A DNA stretch of 61,132 nucleotides, counting the filler, from Sphacelaria rigidula (taxonomy: Eukaryota): NCBI GenBank assembly GCA_964200075.2. It is 7 parts of 7 records of this genome, joined end to end, with 100 filler letters (N's around TTAATTAATTAA, not from the genome) between each part and the next. Parts side by side here need not be neighbours in the genome. Positions count along the whole stretch, not along the records: positions 34,992 to 43,638 come from CAXNAA020010494.1; positions 43,739 to 52,385 come from CAXNAA020010495.1; 5 more parts are not named here. The stretch is one strand, 5' to 3'. This document shows, piece by piece, positions 36,216 through 48,410 of the stretch (its first letter is position 1; the number at the start of each line of letters is the position of its first letter). Position numbers and translations under genes: made by a program. The notes under the pieces are model-generated. The model had not been told where the DNA came from, ran no database searches, and saw nothing but the letters and a program-made list of their open reading frames with translations.

Positions 36216-39200
36216 CTATGATCGTATCCACTTGCCGAGCGTCTCTAGCTGCCCCTGGCACCACGCTTCCCCCCGCTCGCGTATCCCCGTCCACTCGTCG
36301 TCATCGCTGCACAGTGGTCGACCATGACATTGTCCGACAACACCCTCACGCTCCGAATTTTCGCTGTTTCCTTCGGAAGGAGGAGAACAATGACGAAGAA
36401 GAGACACGAAGCCAAGTATAGCCATCGCCACAGCGTCGTGTGCGTCGAGAAATAGCCCAGTTCCTAACGCTTGAGCCATGGTTGTGTCCGACCCATTTAC
36501 GTCATCACTATATCTCCGGTCGATCGTCATGTGATAACTGCTCGACTCAGATCTGCTGCTGCTGTAGCTATCGCGTAGCGACCGGGCGAGGTGGAGCAGA
36601 GTAATGTCGAACGCCTTGCTCACTGCGAACGCCATCTCCAAGCGGGGTAATGATGAAGATGTTGATTCAACCTGAAAACAACGTAGTCGCTGGAACTAAA
36701 AATCAAGTTTTTCGGATATGATACATTGATACAAGGTTCCCCCTCGGGAGGTTGATACGGGCCTCCCGGGGGTGACGCAAGTCGAAAGTATAAAATATAC
36801 TTCGTACGAGTATGCCTTTTCAGTGCGCTGCAAAAGAAAGCGTGGGGAAAAATGCCTTGCTGGCAGAGAAAACTTGGCAAAAGTGGTGAACATGTGAAAT
36901 GACACATGTACATAACACACATGGGTTGAATGAAGGGAGAAAAAGCGCGCGAGTCATCGCTTTGTCCGCTTCGGTCGAGCAAGCATATATTGCCCTCCGC
37001 GAAAAATAAACAGACATGGACAAACACGCCTGATGAGGGAGCCTCAAATTACATTCAACGATGTTTTCGTGAGATTGAGAGAGGAGGATACGGTTGGGAA
37101 GGAAAAGCGGTCACTTAGTGATTTAATCGTTTCAGTTCCGAAATATCCCTCCGCGAGGCCCTTAACGAAGCAGCGGGCTAACTCACAGTTATCAACCTGC
37201 GAAGCACCGACACAGAGATGATGATGCTGTGAAGTAAGTGTGGCGCCAAGAGCAATTTTGTTTCGGAACAAAATGTTACCGTTTTGCCCTCTAGTGCGCA
37301 CTGCTGCAGCTCACAGCACCAGATATAGCGACTTGGAACTGTTGACTGTGGTTTGCACAGCCTATGAGCGATGTTTCAGCGCCTCGCAGCGGCTGCAGCG
37401 CGCTTAGCGTAGCTCAACAGACTGTATGCCGATCGGTGCACTACGGATAGTCATGATCCAGAGAGGACCGCAGTACAGACCGGTGCCACTTTGCTATCGC
37501 GTCGGCGTCCAAGTTTATGCATCTATGATGCAGAAAGGACCGCAGTCGCTCAACATGTTCAAGTTTATGCATCTGCGCATGCATATATGCATTCGCCTGT
37601 AGTGCGACACTGGTAGGCCTAAAGAAATGTACATAAAACAATGGTTGGTACTCGATTTGACTTGGTTTCAGACAAAGAAGGTTTTGAGAAAAACCATGAC
37701 TTGGGGGCAGGTGAGCAGTGGTAAGCAATAGAACCAGGTCGTCCAGAACGTGTTTTGGTCCAAAATCGGCTCAAAGTTGTCGATTTGAGCTCTCGAAAGG
37801 CGTCGATTCGAGTTCTCGTAACGCACACTTTAGCTACGAAACTGCACCCCCCTTGTCCGAGAGTTCTCGGTATGCCTTGGTCAATGTTAGTGCTAGGGTT
37901 AGCGTTAGGGTTGGTGGCATCTCCATAGCACCAACCATTGTTCACCTACATTTCTTCAAGCCCCCTCGGTGAAGTACTTGTGCAGGGATGCATCCTTGTC
38001 ACAAGGACATTCTTGCGCCGGCACCTCACACAGTGCATCCTTTGAGGGAACTCTCTGTTACGGGTTGCATGACTATAGGGATTCGGTCACCCCCCTGCGC
38101 TTGTCGAGCACAGCTGACCGACAGTGAGGACGTTTGCCCACGCGTGTGCCTTGTTCAACTCGCCAACAGCTCATTGCACGGTCTCGGTTTTGCTGGTGAC
38201 TAAGGTAAGGCGAAGGCAATGTTCAATTGTTTTCAACTGCTTTGCTTTCATGTTCTTGTGACATTCGCTACACAACCGCTGTCTTCGTACTGCCGAATCA
38301 ACGAGGACGCAAAGAAATACCCCGCCTTGAACAGGCTTTTGTGGTTCGGTTTCTTGTTTGAAGTTTTCCATGATGAGGCTTTTGTGGTTCGGGATCAACA
38401 CCCCGCAAAAAAGAGCCAGTGTGGGCGACTTTCGATGGCCAGAACACGCGCCACAGGTTTCAGATGACACCCAAACCTGAAAGGTAATGTACCGCTGCAC
38501 CTTCTGCGTGCACTGCAAAAGAAAGCGCGTGATAAGATGCCTTGCCGCCTGAGGAAACTCGGCAAAAGTGGTGGAAAAAGTGAAATGATCACATCTGCAT
38601 ATAGCGTGGAACACAGTCGCTTGACTGCAAACCTCCCACACTTGAAAGGGTGGCGCTACGCAAACATTCGTGAAAGCATTGTTTTACAACGCACTACCCT
38701 GCAGCAGGTCGAGGGCACACTACGGAGTAAAGCTGCGAGTAAGACACGTGCAAAAGAAACACGCGTGTGAGCCTGGTGTTAAACGTGAAGCGAGGACCAT
38801 TCGTAAGGCATCTGTTTTCTTCCGGGAGCGGATACGAAACCATCAACATTACGAGGATTTCGAAGAGTCAATCATTTTAAACTGCACAACAGCCCGATAT
38901 TCATATCCCGAGAGCTTGCCGTACAGAGTCCCACATTGATATCGTCCGGAGCACCAGAAGGCATTCTAGACTGCTGGCGCGCCACTCTTGATGTTGCTCC
39001 TTCCATCCCCTTTTCCACAATCAAGATCAGGATGTCAAGTACTGATTGCCGTACATCTGAGTGGTGATGACACGGGAAACCAGCACACGAATGTGACAAA
39101 AATGGGACCAAGCAGGTCAGATAAAAAATCAATGTAAGAGCAGCATAACGCCTGACCGAATGAAAAAAAACGCACTCAAAATGTCCGTTCTTGATTGTGT

Positions 39201-40005
39201 ATGGTGAAAAAACCCGTAGCATCACATTCCCACGGGTCACACTCCAGACTCGAGATGAACTATCAAGTGCTCCATCCCCAAAGTACCCCGTCGCGCGTAC
39301 ATACCCGCTGCACTTGCTCACCTTTGAAGGTTAGGGCCCATTTTCAACCCCACAATTTGCCGGAGTACTACGGAAAATTGCTCATGCATGAAAGATACGT
39401 TCTGGGGGAATCCGTGCGTTTTTGTCGCGAAAACGTGTACCCAGTATGCCCCCCCAGAGAACGTATGCCATGTACTGTAGGGTATATGCGAACTCATCTC
39501 CAATAAATGAGAAGCCTTGCATGATCGTTCAAGATCCACCTGGGATATGAAAACCTATGTGGGATCTTCAGGTCCATTTGAGATTTTGACGTGTACTTGG
39601 GGGATGCATACCCCAGATGGACGTCCAGATTCATATCCATCTGGGATATCCACATCCAACATGGATATCTCAGTTGGACCTGATATCCCAGATGGAAGTG
39701 GCACGATAAAGAAGATCGTGAAAAAATACTGTTCGTATACTGCGCCAGTCCCCAACGGACATCCTCGAAACGTAGTGCACCACCCACTAATGAATCACAT
39801 GACGCGCCTTTAAAGCACGCACGCTTTTTGCACTGACAGCATGTCCGCAGCGCGTCCTCATTTCCTCAATTCTATTCCGCACATATAACTGTCGAACGCT
39901 CACCAAATGTGCCCTGGCATCGCAACGACACTTGTTCTAGCATCTCCACTGCAAACAACGTCACTATTCGTGGACTGCACTCTCCCCCCCAAAGTCCACC
40001 AAGCG
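36216..40005 (-). CDS. 3' exons of an uncharacterised multi-exon gene
   Basis: The terminal exon 36216-36671 (polypyrimidine-CAG acceptor) joins in phase 0 to 37053-37196. Further exon-like segments lie at about 37480-37596, 38925-39056 and 39903-40005. No domain recognised. Confidence 0.45.
37616..37962 (-). mobile_element. Inverted-repeat-bounded element carrying the TAACCC/hairpin core, copy B
   Basis: About 35-bp imperfect IRs (ggcctaaagaaatgta...aacaatggttggt and accaaccattgtt...tacatttcttcaagcc). The interior is colinear with 48170-48350. Confidence 0.7.
39485..39705. repeat. Degenerate minisatellite built from catctgggatatc / gatatcccagatg motifs
   Basis: The motif recurs several times in both orientations. 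Confidence 0.5.
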
Positions 40006-40213
40006 CCTGGAAATTGGGCAGAGATACACCAGAAAAAATGTCATAGCATCACAGGGACTTAAGTAAGCATCTTCGAGATCCCGCGGAAGGTAGTGATCAA
40101 GACTATTAGCTGTAGGTCAGTTGGACGTAACCATAACCGATTGATTATATACTGTCCTCCTCGTATGCATGCTTATCTGCCCAAGGAGTGACTGCCATGG
40201 ATGGATGACTATT

Positions 40214-40470
40214 GAGCAATGCTACGGTAGGGGTGCACTTTTTTCGCGAAACTATGTCCTATTCGGGGGCTCCTAACGGTTCTAGATGCACAAAAATATG
40301 GGTCAGGGCTTCCCCGTTTGCAAATTCATCCGGGATATCCCCGGCACATCGGAGTAGTAATCCTGGCGTACTTTTACATATTTTCATAGGTCCTGTTTAG
40401 CATGAGATAAAGGGCTCCTAACAATTCTAACCTCAAAAAAGATTTCTGTACCCCTACCGTAGCATCACTC
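40214..40470. mobile_element. MITE (257 bp) with GAG...CTC termini and a 4-bp TATT TSD (Sola-like)
   Basis: TIRs gagcaatgctacggtaggggtgca and tgtacccctaccgtagcatcactc, flanked by TATT on both sides. A second copy lies at 60895-61132. Confidence 0.85.
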
Positions 40471-43400
40471 TATTGTACCCCCAACTTTTACCTCAACCGC
40501 AACGAAGGGATACCTGAGTCCTCAAATCAGGAGGGTTCTCTGTTCGGAGAGTCAGCGTCAAGGAAGTTGCTGCTGCGAGTAAAAGTGAAAGTCTGCGATT
40601 CACCGGAATAGAAATGCGACTCAAAATTCGGGTGGCGACCATTGCGCCCTCGGTACGAGTGGGGATGGTTCTGCGCCGCAACAGCCTCGCCTCGGGGGTA
40701 TCATCGATACGCTACTGTTCTAGCATACCACTACCACTCGAAGAAATGGTCGTGGGGAAATCATGCCCTAGTACGTTGGTGGTACCGCCATGGGATACGC
40801 GTGAGCATCAGCCATTGCGTGGTTCGGCCATGGCACCCAAATGGCACCCTAATGGTGTGAGAGGGTCGGGTTAACCTGGGGCCTGTACGTTACTGTCACG
40901 AAACACGAAATGGCCAACTTTGCGGCGGATTGCGCAAACCCTTAGATGCCAAATGCCGTGTGTAAATCTCACCACGTATATCCTTAATCAACACAGCCTA
41001 CCGTTTCTTCAAGGCGAACAAAAACACTTCCAAAACGGCAGAATTAACGGCAAGAACAAGCTCGTCCGTGTTGGCATCCACTTACTCTATCCTGGACCTC
41101 CACAGAGTTTCTCGTACGGCTGCCCGCCAAAGCCACCGCTTCGAGAGCCCTGGTGGGAAGCGAAAGCGAACGGAATATGCGGTCGTTGAATTCAAAACCG
41201 GGAAATCTCGTTCGCCCACCATCGGAACGTCGAGTCTTGAGCAACACACCCACTCTACAGCTAGGCGGTCCTAATGAAAAGCGGGCAACCATTCAACGCG
41301 CGGCCACCGTAAAGGGGGCACAATAATGCTACAGCTGTGGCTACACCACCTATGTTATTGAAATACGATAGCCAGTGCAGGTTGACAATTATGTGATAAT
41401 GTTGGGATCAGTGCTTAACTATATTCCGGAGTGGCAGCAGGCGTGACCATGGTTTCTTGCAGAATCTCGGTAAAGGCGACCCAGGCAGTTTCAATGACAA
41501 GAAGGCAGAGCTCACCGCAAACAAGGGGCAACCCCGCTGGTCAAAGACCTCGCCAGAGGTATGCATCGAGCGCTTTTTGCCCGTTGAGGCGATGGAATGG
41601 GAACAGGTCTTTCGAAACCACCATTGGTCGCCCCTCTTGAACTCTGGGTGACGCGGAAGTCGCTGCAATGACCCTTACGGCGGCTCTCATCTGTTCGGCG
41701 CGGTGACCTACAGGTGGGGAATGTACAGCACTTGGGATTAGTCGAGGCGCCGTTTCTAATTTTCTACGGGGAATAAGAGTAATCAGTGTGCCTCATCGCT
41801 GGTGCTCAACTACGGCGATACGAGACACGTAAGCAGCTTTGACGCAGCCCTATATGCAATGCACCGACAAAGCACGTGTAGGGTCACCTGGAGACACCGA
41901 AAAATGACACCCCGCTTTGCTCAGCCACGCGCCCGAGACACGCGCCCTGCCACAGTCGTAGCTGTTTCGCAGCTCGCCCATAGTGCTCATCGTCAGAGGG
42001 TTTTGCAGCACTTTCCGTGTCGCATGTTGTTCGCTGACGGCAAGAAGAGATAATCGCTACTGCCTGTCGATCAGGCCAGCCGCGGGGAAAATGAATATCA
42101 TAAGAATAACCTTGGCACAGCTCGAAAGGCATGAAAAATGCATCCCACGGTAGCTTGGATGTAAATTCACCTTTTTCTAGTCCAACGCCGAATTTAGTTT
42201 AGTCTCACGCACCCAATGAAGTGCTGCGGGGGTGCGGAATTCAATTGCTTCGTGGGCGGCTAAAACTAGGCCATGCATGCAGTGGGTTCAGACTCGCCCC
42301 ACATGGTTGAGCTCCTCCTGCGCAACACGAAAATATCGGGATCGAATAGCTGCGGGTCCTACCGTTGAGCACAGCGCTAGAAATCAAACCGGAGGATCAT
42401 CCGATCAACAAAGCTTCATGAAACAAAGCAACTGGTGGCCGTACCAAGCCAAACTCAATGGTCTTCTTTTCGCTATCTGAGAGGCCGCCAATGGCTGGTC
42501 CAGCCCCTGGAACGATCTTTTCGGGGTGCTGCTGGCGCCTCGTCTTCCCCTCCATTGTTTCTGGAACAAGCGACATGTTGCAAAACCGTGGCATATTGTT
42601 GAAACAATGGCACTGACGGAGAAGGAAATGGACAACGATATTTCCGCCTACGGTGGCAACACGTTTTTGCTACCACCGATTTCGTGAGAGCTTCTCGGGC
42701 GATCACGTGTATAATACTTTCTCACCTCCCTTGATACCCTCTGAGAAAGATAACAGGGTTACGGGGAGAAAGCTAAAGGGGTGATCCGTGTGAATACCTG
42801 CGCGAGAGTTCGGGGTTCATATTGAGCCCCCATGCATCCGCGAACGAATGTGGAACGGGTAAAGTGATTCAGTAGATAAAAGCGCAAGAGATGGACGACA
42901 ACCCTGTGCTGCGCATTTGTGTACTGTATGATTCGTACTCTACACAAGCAACCTCCGGGAACTTTCGAGTACGGTGAACACAATATACGATGGCACAGGC
43001 ACGCCGAGGCAGAATACCCTTTGAATTGTGCTCTCCATTTGCCGTTGCTGTAGTTGAGGAATTGTGATCTCAAGAAAGACTTTACGCTTGCAAAAGAAAG
43101 ACTATCGCCTATCGCCTGTCGCCTGTCGCCACGCATAGATCGCACATGCTTGGTATTCGTACATCATTCGCGGCCAGCACCACATCGCCGTCTCAGTTCC
43201 AGTATGTCGCAGCGATGATCGTGCCAGCAGTGCGTCTAGTAATACATGCACGAAGATATCCACGAACACAAAATGATAGTTGACGCACACAAAATAGCGT
43301 GTAACCCGGTCCCTCGATCGTAGCGAAATGCTACTCCTCCTCGTCCATTGGCTACAAGCTCTTGTGCGGCGCTTGCGCTAAGTTCCATGTACAAATAAGC

Positions 43401-43571
43401 GTCCATCTACACCTACGCAAGCAATCCTCATCAAGTCGCGGGACTGTCAGCATGCAAACATTCGGAGCAGAAACCTAGAACTTTCAAGCTTGAACCTCAA
43501 GGGGTCATCACCCTGAACACCAGGATCCTGGGTTGGCCGTTAGGATACCAAGCGTTGTTTTTTGTTGGAGA

Positions 43572-43638
43572 GGGGGGTGTACTCATGATCATGCTTGCCA
43601 TAGTCATAAGACCATTGACCTCGCATCCCTACAAAGCC
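43572..43638 (+). repeat. End of the high-copy GGGGGTGTACTCATG repeat, copy 3
   Basis: Near-identical to 8590-8648; runs into a gap. Confidence 0.85.
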
Positions 43639-43738
43639 NNNNNNNNNNNNNNNNNNNNNNNNNNNNNNNNNNNNNNNNNNNNTTAATTAATTAANNNNNN
43701 NNNNNNNNNNNNNNNNNNNNNNNNNNNNNNNNNNNNNN
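43639..43738. other. Artificial contig linker
   Basis: N-TTAATTAATTAA-N, 100 bp. Confidence 0.98.
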
Positions 43739-44227
43739 TTTTTCTCCCTTTTGGGCAATCAGGCCGAAGAAATCGTGGATTTGGTGATTCGTCCTGACCG
43801 TGAAAGCGTTGGTCTGATCTTGTCCCATGAAAGGAAAGGAAACAATACGCCAAGAGCAATCAAGTTCTTGTGAGTCACGCGCACGAACCGTTACCTCAAG
43901 GTCCCGCACTGACCAAACTTGTACGGCCAAATAATTTTCACGAAAAAACTTTCCAACACAGGTACGGTATGTTGCACATCGATCCGGCTTTCATGTTCAA
44001 CCCCTTGGTCGCTAATACGGCGCGCAACAGGCGATGAGCGATGTTCGCCATCATCCTGGAATCCAACCTTGGCTCTAGACTTTCAACACAGCAAAAATCA
44101 AACTCATGGATTGCTCCGCACGATAGCAGTATCTTTGGCTGCGCAACGACCGACCCCCAAAACAAGGGACACGAGGATATTCCATCATCACAAATGCCCG
44201 TCCCCCAATTGTATAATATGATCCTAC

Positions 44228-44669
44228 CTTGGGGATGTTAGATCCTTCTAACGGTTGCGCACTGTACGCCTTTCGGAACTCCATCACCGCCTTTAGCTGC
44301 CGCTCGTCGTTGGAGCTGTTCATGCGAAGTAGACCGGGTGTAAGAAACGGAAATAACAGGCAGTACAGTGTCATTACGGAAAGGAAGAAAAAGAAGGACA
44401 CTCGCCGATACTCTGAACTCCCCTGTGCACATGGTCCATGAAAATATGTGCGATGACTCAAGACAGACTTCACTACCTGGACTCACAAAGGCCATGCTTG
44501 TTCATACCTCAAAGTTTCCAAAACACATGTACTATGTTTATGCCGTAGCCGGTTAAGCTCAAAGCGTACGACAACACCGGCATCCAGGTTGTAACTCGTT
44601 CATGATATACATACATTTACCCTGTATACACAAGCCCCCGAAGCCGGTTTTCAGAGCGCCCCGGATGAT
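44228..44669 (-). CDS. Two internal exons (44621-44669, 44228-44315) of an uncharacterised gene
   Basis: Canonical CAG acceptors and GTAA/GTAG donors, phase-compatible: HPGRSENRLRGLVYTG|SNDERQLKAVMEFRKAYSAQPLEGSNIPK. Other exon-like pieces (about 49570-50060) are not linked with confidence. Confidence 0.45.
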
Positions 44670-44993
44670 CTGCGGCGGACAAACACCTGCATGCAGTTGA
44701 AAAAACCAAGCTGAACCGGGTGGACACTACATCCACAAAAGAGCGTTGTTTCAGCGCGTGCCGGATACAGGCGACATCACAACTTCAATCCGTCGCCATG
44801 GATTGAGATATGAAATGAAACATGCTTCGTTTCTGCCAAAACCGCAGGGCTTGCCCTGACCCACACCTAGAGGAAGATTCTCCCGCACACGGGCAGTGGA
44901 GAGGGTGCACTAGATGATGTGTGTCCAACCCCTTGGTCGCTACGGTGGGTCGTCGGTTCAATCGGCGTTACCTTGACATGAAAAATCACGTCA

Positions 44994-45346
44994 GGCCGTG
45001 TCTTTTCAAATTGTTTCCGACTCGAAAACATACCGTGGAATCGGATTTTCAAGTACGTGATGCGTCCACGACAGTTATGTTGTCAACCATCTGAGAAAAT
45101 AAATGGCATGGACGAATCAGAAACGAGCGAATTCGATTTGACCGCACGTTTCGACACGAGAACGATTTGATAAGGCCGTGTCTTATCAAATTGTTTTCGT
45201 GTCGAAAACGTGCGGTCAAATCGAATTTGCTCTCACCTGATACGTTCACGGCATCCATGTTCTCAAGAGCGTGGGCGAATCAGAAACGAGGGAATTCGAT
45301 TCGACAGCACGTTTTCGACACGAAAACAATTTGATAAGACACGGCC
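44994..45346. mobile_element. Tandem dimer of a PIF/Harbinger-like MITE of about 175 bp, TCA target duplication
   Basis: The TIR GGCCGTGTCTT(A/T)TCAAATTGTTT starts at 44994 and 45174. Its reverse complement ends at about 45173 (truncated) and 45346. The outer flanks are tca and tca. Confidence 0.78.
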
Positions 45347-45999
45347 TCACTCACACGACCGACTCTCCCGGCTTGGCCCTTATGTAAGAGGTATCTCAAA
45401 CTCGAGGTTCCCGGTATATTTGACTGTAAATTACCGTGAAATATACCAGGGACTCCGAATTTAATGTACCTCCATGTATATCGATCGTTGTATCACGTTC
45501 CTTTTGCAGTGAAGGACATTTTTCGTGGTCAACCAATGGATCAAACCTGCGAATTCGAAGCGCTTGTGGACCCATACACTTTCCCACACTGCAGGAGAAG
45601 CGCACGTAGAACTGACACACTGCATGCCTCGAGGGGAATATATGTTTTTTGAATGGACTGAGGCCGTGTCTTTTATAACGAAAAATCGACTCGAACGAGT
45701 TCGTGCGGAAAAATTGATTTCGTTCGTTTTGATGTGTTCAAGTCCGAGGGAATTTGCACGCTTTCGATCGAAAAAGTCAAGCAAAAATTGTGAAGCGGTA
45801 CGTGTTCACGTGTATCCATTACAGACAGCACAGTAATGATGCCTATACTGTCTGCAAAGTGTGTGTTTCGTACAGCATGCTGGCGCGATGTGGAAAAGAA
45901 GCGGGCAACGTGATGTGCAGATGTAAACAAGATTAGAACCAAGCGCAGTTCTGTACAACAGTACCTCTACTATAAATGAGCCAGTAGAGTTCACCACTT

Positions 46000-46210
46000 G
46001 GTAGTTACTTGATTTCAGTCCGGGAAAATTCCCCAAAATCCGGATCTGTAATGGGGGTGGTATGCTCCTGGCGTTCGCAGAACGCGTTTTTACTTTGCCT
46101 ACGGTACACTTCACACCTCCTTGCCCGAGGGTTCTCGATATGCCTTCGTTCGTGTTAGGGTTGGGGTTAGGATTAGTGTTATTCGAAATAATGTTTTCCC
46201 GATAAATTTC
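46000..46210 (-). repeat. TAACCC/hairpin-core element, copy C, nested in the repeat shared with contig 3
   Basis: ccttgcccgagggttctcgatatgccttcgttcgtgttagggttggggttagg; colinear with 20530-20790. Confidence 0.7.
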
Positions 46211-46959
46211 CAACCCCAACTGAGTGGTAAACTGACCCATGAGCGTGCTTGCAATTCGGTCGCCAATCCCAACACAAACGAGGCCGTGTCTTACAGTATA
46301 TATTTTTCGACTCGAAAACATGCGGTCGAATCGAATTGGTCATAATTAGCTCGTATCTGATACACCCACGGCATTTATTTTCTCAGACGGATCCAAGTCC
46401 TTTTTAGAAGTATTTGCGCGCAATGGGCAGAGTGAAAAAGAGAAGAGCTTAGTTTTTTCGGTTGTACTGTCCGTACTATCGTCTGTATTGGATAGGAGTA
46501 AACTAGTACCGCTCCAAGAATGACAGACATGGGGGCAAGACACAGCCCGACTGATTCGAATTCGAGAGGGTCGAGCACGCTGAGGAAGAAAGCAGGTCGG
46601 ACTGCCGGTCCTCGGGAAGAGGCCGAATCCAGTTCTACAACACGATCGGCATCACTCCAAAAGAAACGCGGAGAGAAAAAACACAAGCTGAGATAACTAT
46701 CATCTTCGAGCGTCTCCCAGTGGGAAAGGGACGGGTAAGGATTTCCAGACAGTTTTGCTCACCACAGTAGTCACCATGTACCGTGCTATACTTGTACCGC
46801 ACCGCGCTGCACGGCGTGCAGGAGCATTGGACACAGCGAGACGATCGTATCAACGTACAATGTCTTGAGTACTCCACCAACACGGGTGTATATACGGTGT
46901 ACTGATAATCTCCCTCGCAGCATGTACTTGATCGTTTCCGTGTTCCCAGGACGCGGCTT

Positions 46960-47237
46960 TTGTCCCAAGTACGCCATTGTATCCTTGAGCGAGACATTTT
47001 CGAAATGGCACTGACCCTAACTCCAACCCCAATCACAACCCGAGGCATACCGAGAACCCTTGGACTGGGGGGTGCAGAGCGTTCTCCAGGCGCTGCGCCC
47101 CGATTTGAACAAGGACGCGTTCTGGGCGCACCAACAGGAGTCTCGGGACTGCAACCCCACTGAAGATCCATCTCTCGATACACATATTTACAAGAAGTAA
47201 AATCAACCATGGAAATTTGACTGCAGAACTGGGACAA
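46960..47237 (+). repeat. TAACCC/hairpin-core element, copy D
   Basis: accctaactccaacccc...ggcataccgagaacccttggactggggggtgca, with short IRs ttgtcccaagt and actgggacaa. Confidence 0.6.
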
Positions 47238-48089
47238 GCTCTGCTGGTTTCCAGTCTGTCGGAATTTCAATCGGAAATAACTCCCGACACGCGCATTCAA
47301 TCGATGGGACGCAAAACTATCAACTACAGATGAGTCTAACGGTAGTTCAGTGCGGTATCACTCGATCTTTGCCTCCACTACAACGGGCAAATATCAAGCT
47401 CAGGAAACACAACACTTCCGCTTTGTCAGCTCGTCGGTGAAACGGTATTTGAATCGTGCCTGGTCATTTCCTCTGTCGCAGACTGGGCCTCATCGCACAT
47501 CGCCATTGGTCGTGCTGCTGACGGCATCCCACCGGTTCGTTCGGGAGCTTCACACCGTGGTGGACGAACACAACACCGACTGGGCTCAGTAGTAGAGTAA
47601 CCCCGATCTTTCCGAGCCAGCACTCTTGTCTCAACGGTTGAAGACGTGTATCGAACAGCTGAACCTTTCTCTAACCCCGACAGAGACGTCCGTCGTGAGT
47701 TCAATATACTCGACACCAGTCGCACAGACGGTGCAACCAGTTGGCAAATAGACAACGGTGTGAACGCGGCGTTTCAAGCACCTGACGAAGTTGCGTGGGT
47801 GCTCCAGCTAGAGAAGTGACAAGACAACGTGTGGGCGTGCGGCTGCAGCAAGATGCGAAACACAGCATAAAAGAGCCGGTTCGTGACTGACTCGTAGCCA
47901 GTTGCATGACTGAACTTCATACAGTCAGACTGACTCCCCTGCGGAGTAATTTTTCTGGTTCATAGAAGTACCCGAGTTCCAGATCGCTCCGAATTGCCCC
48001 GGTTTATGCTACACGGGCTCAGTCAGAGTACGAAGGAATATAAATTTGGGCCAACAGTAACACTTTGACCGCCAAGACAACAGACGTTA

Positions 48090-48410
48090 CCAACTGGCCG
48101 GAAAAAATGGTTGAAACTGAAACATACTCGTTTTAGTGTTGGTCGGGGCGATGGATGAAACCACCAACAGATACAGGTGAGCAGTGGTGAGCAGTAGACC
48201 CAGCTTCTCCAGAACGTTTTTTGTCCCAAAATCGGCTGAAGGGCATCTATTTGAGCTCTGGAAACGCACACTGTGCCCAAGGAGCACTTTGCACCCCCCT
48301 CGATCGAGGATTCTCGGTATGTCTTCGTCGTGGTCAGGGTTAGGGATAACGTTCGAGGTATGTAGGAGGTACCTCATTATTCGCGTCAACCATTTTTTCC
48401 GACCAGTTGG
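48090..48410 (-). mobile_element. TIR element with TA flanks carrying the TAACCC/hairpin core, copy E
   Basis: 25-bp TIRs ccaactggccggaaaaaatggttga and tcaaccattttttccgaccagttgg, with TA on both sides. Confidence 0.78.

Noticed and set aside
44228-44315. Resemblance of SNDERQLKAVMEFRK to the first importin-alpha ARM repeat
   Set aside because: The flanking exons do not continue the importin pattern, and the match is too short.
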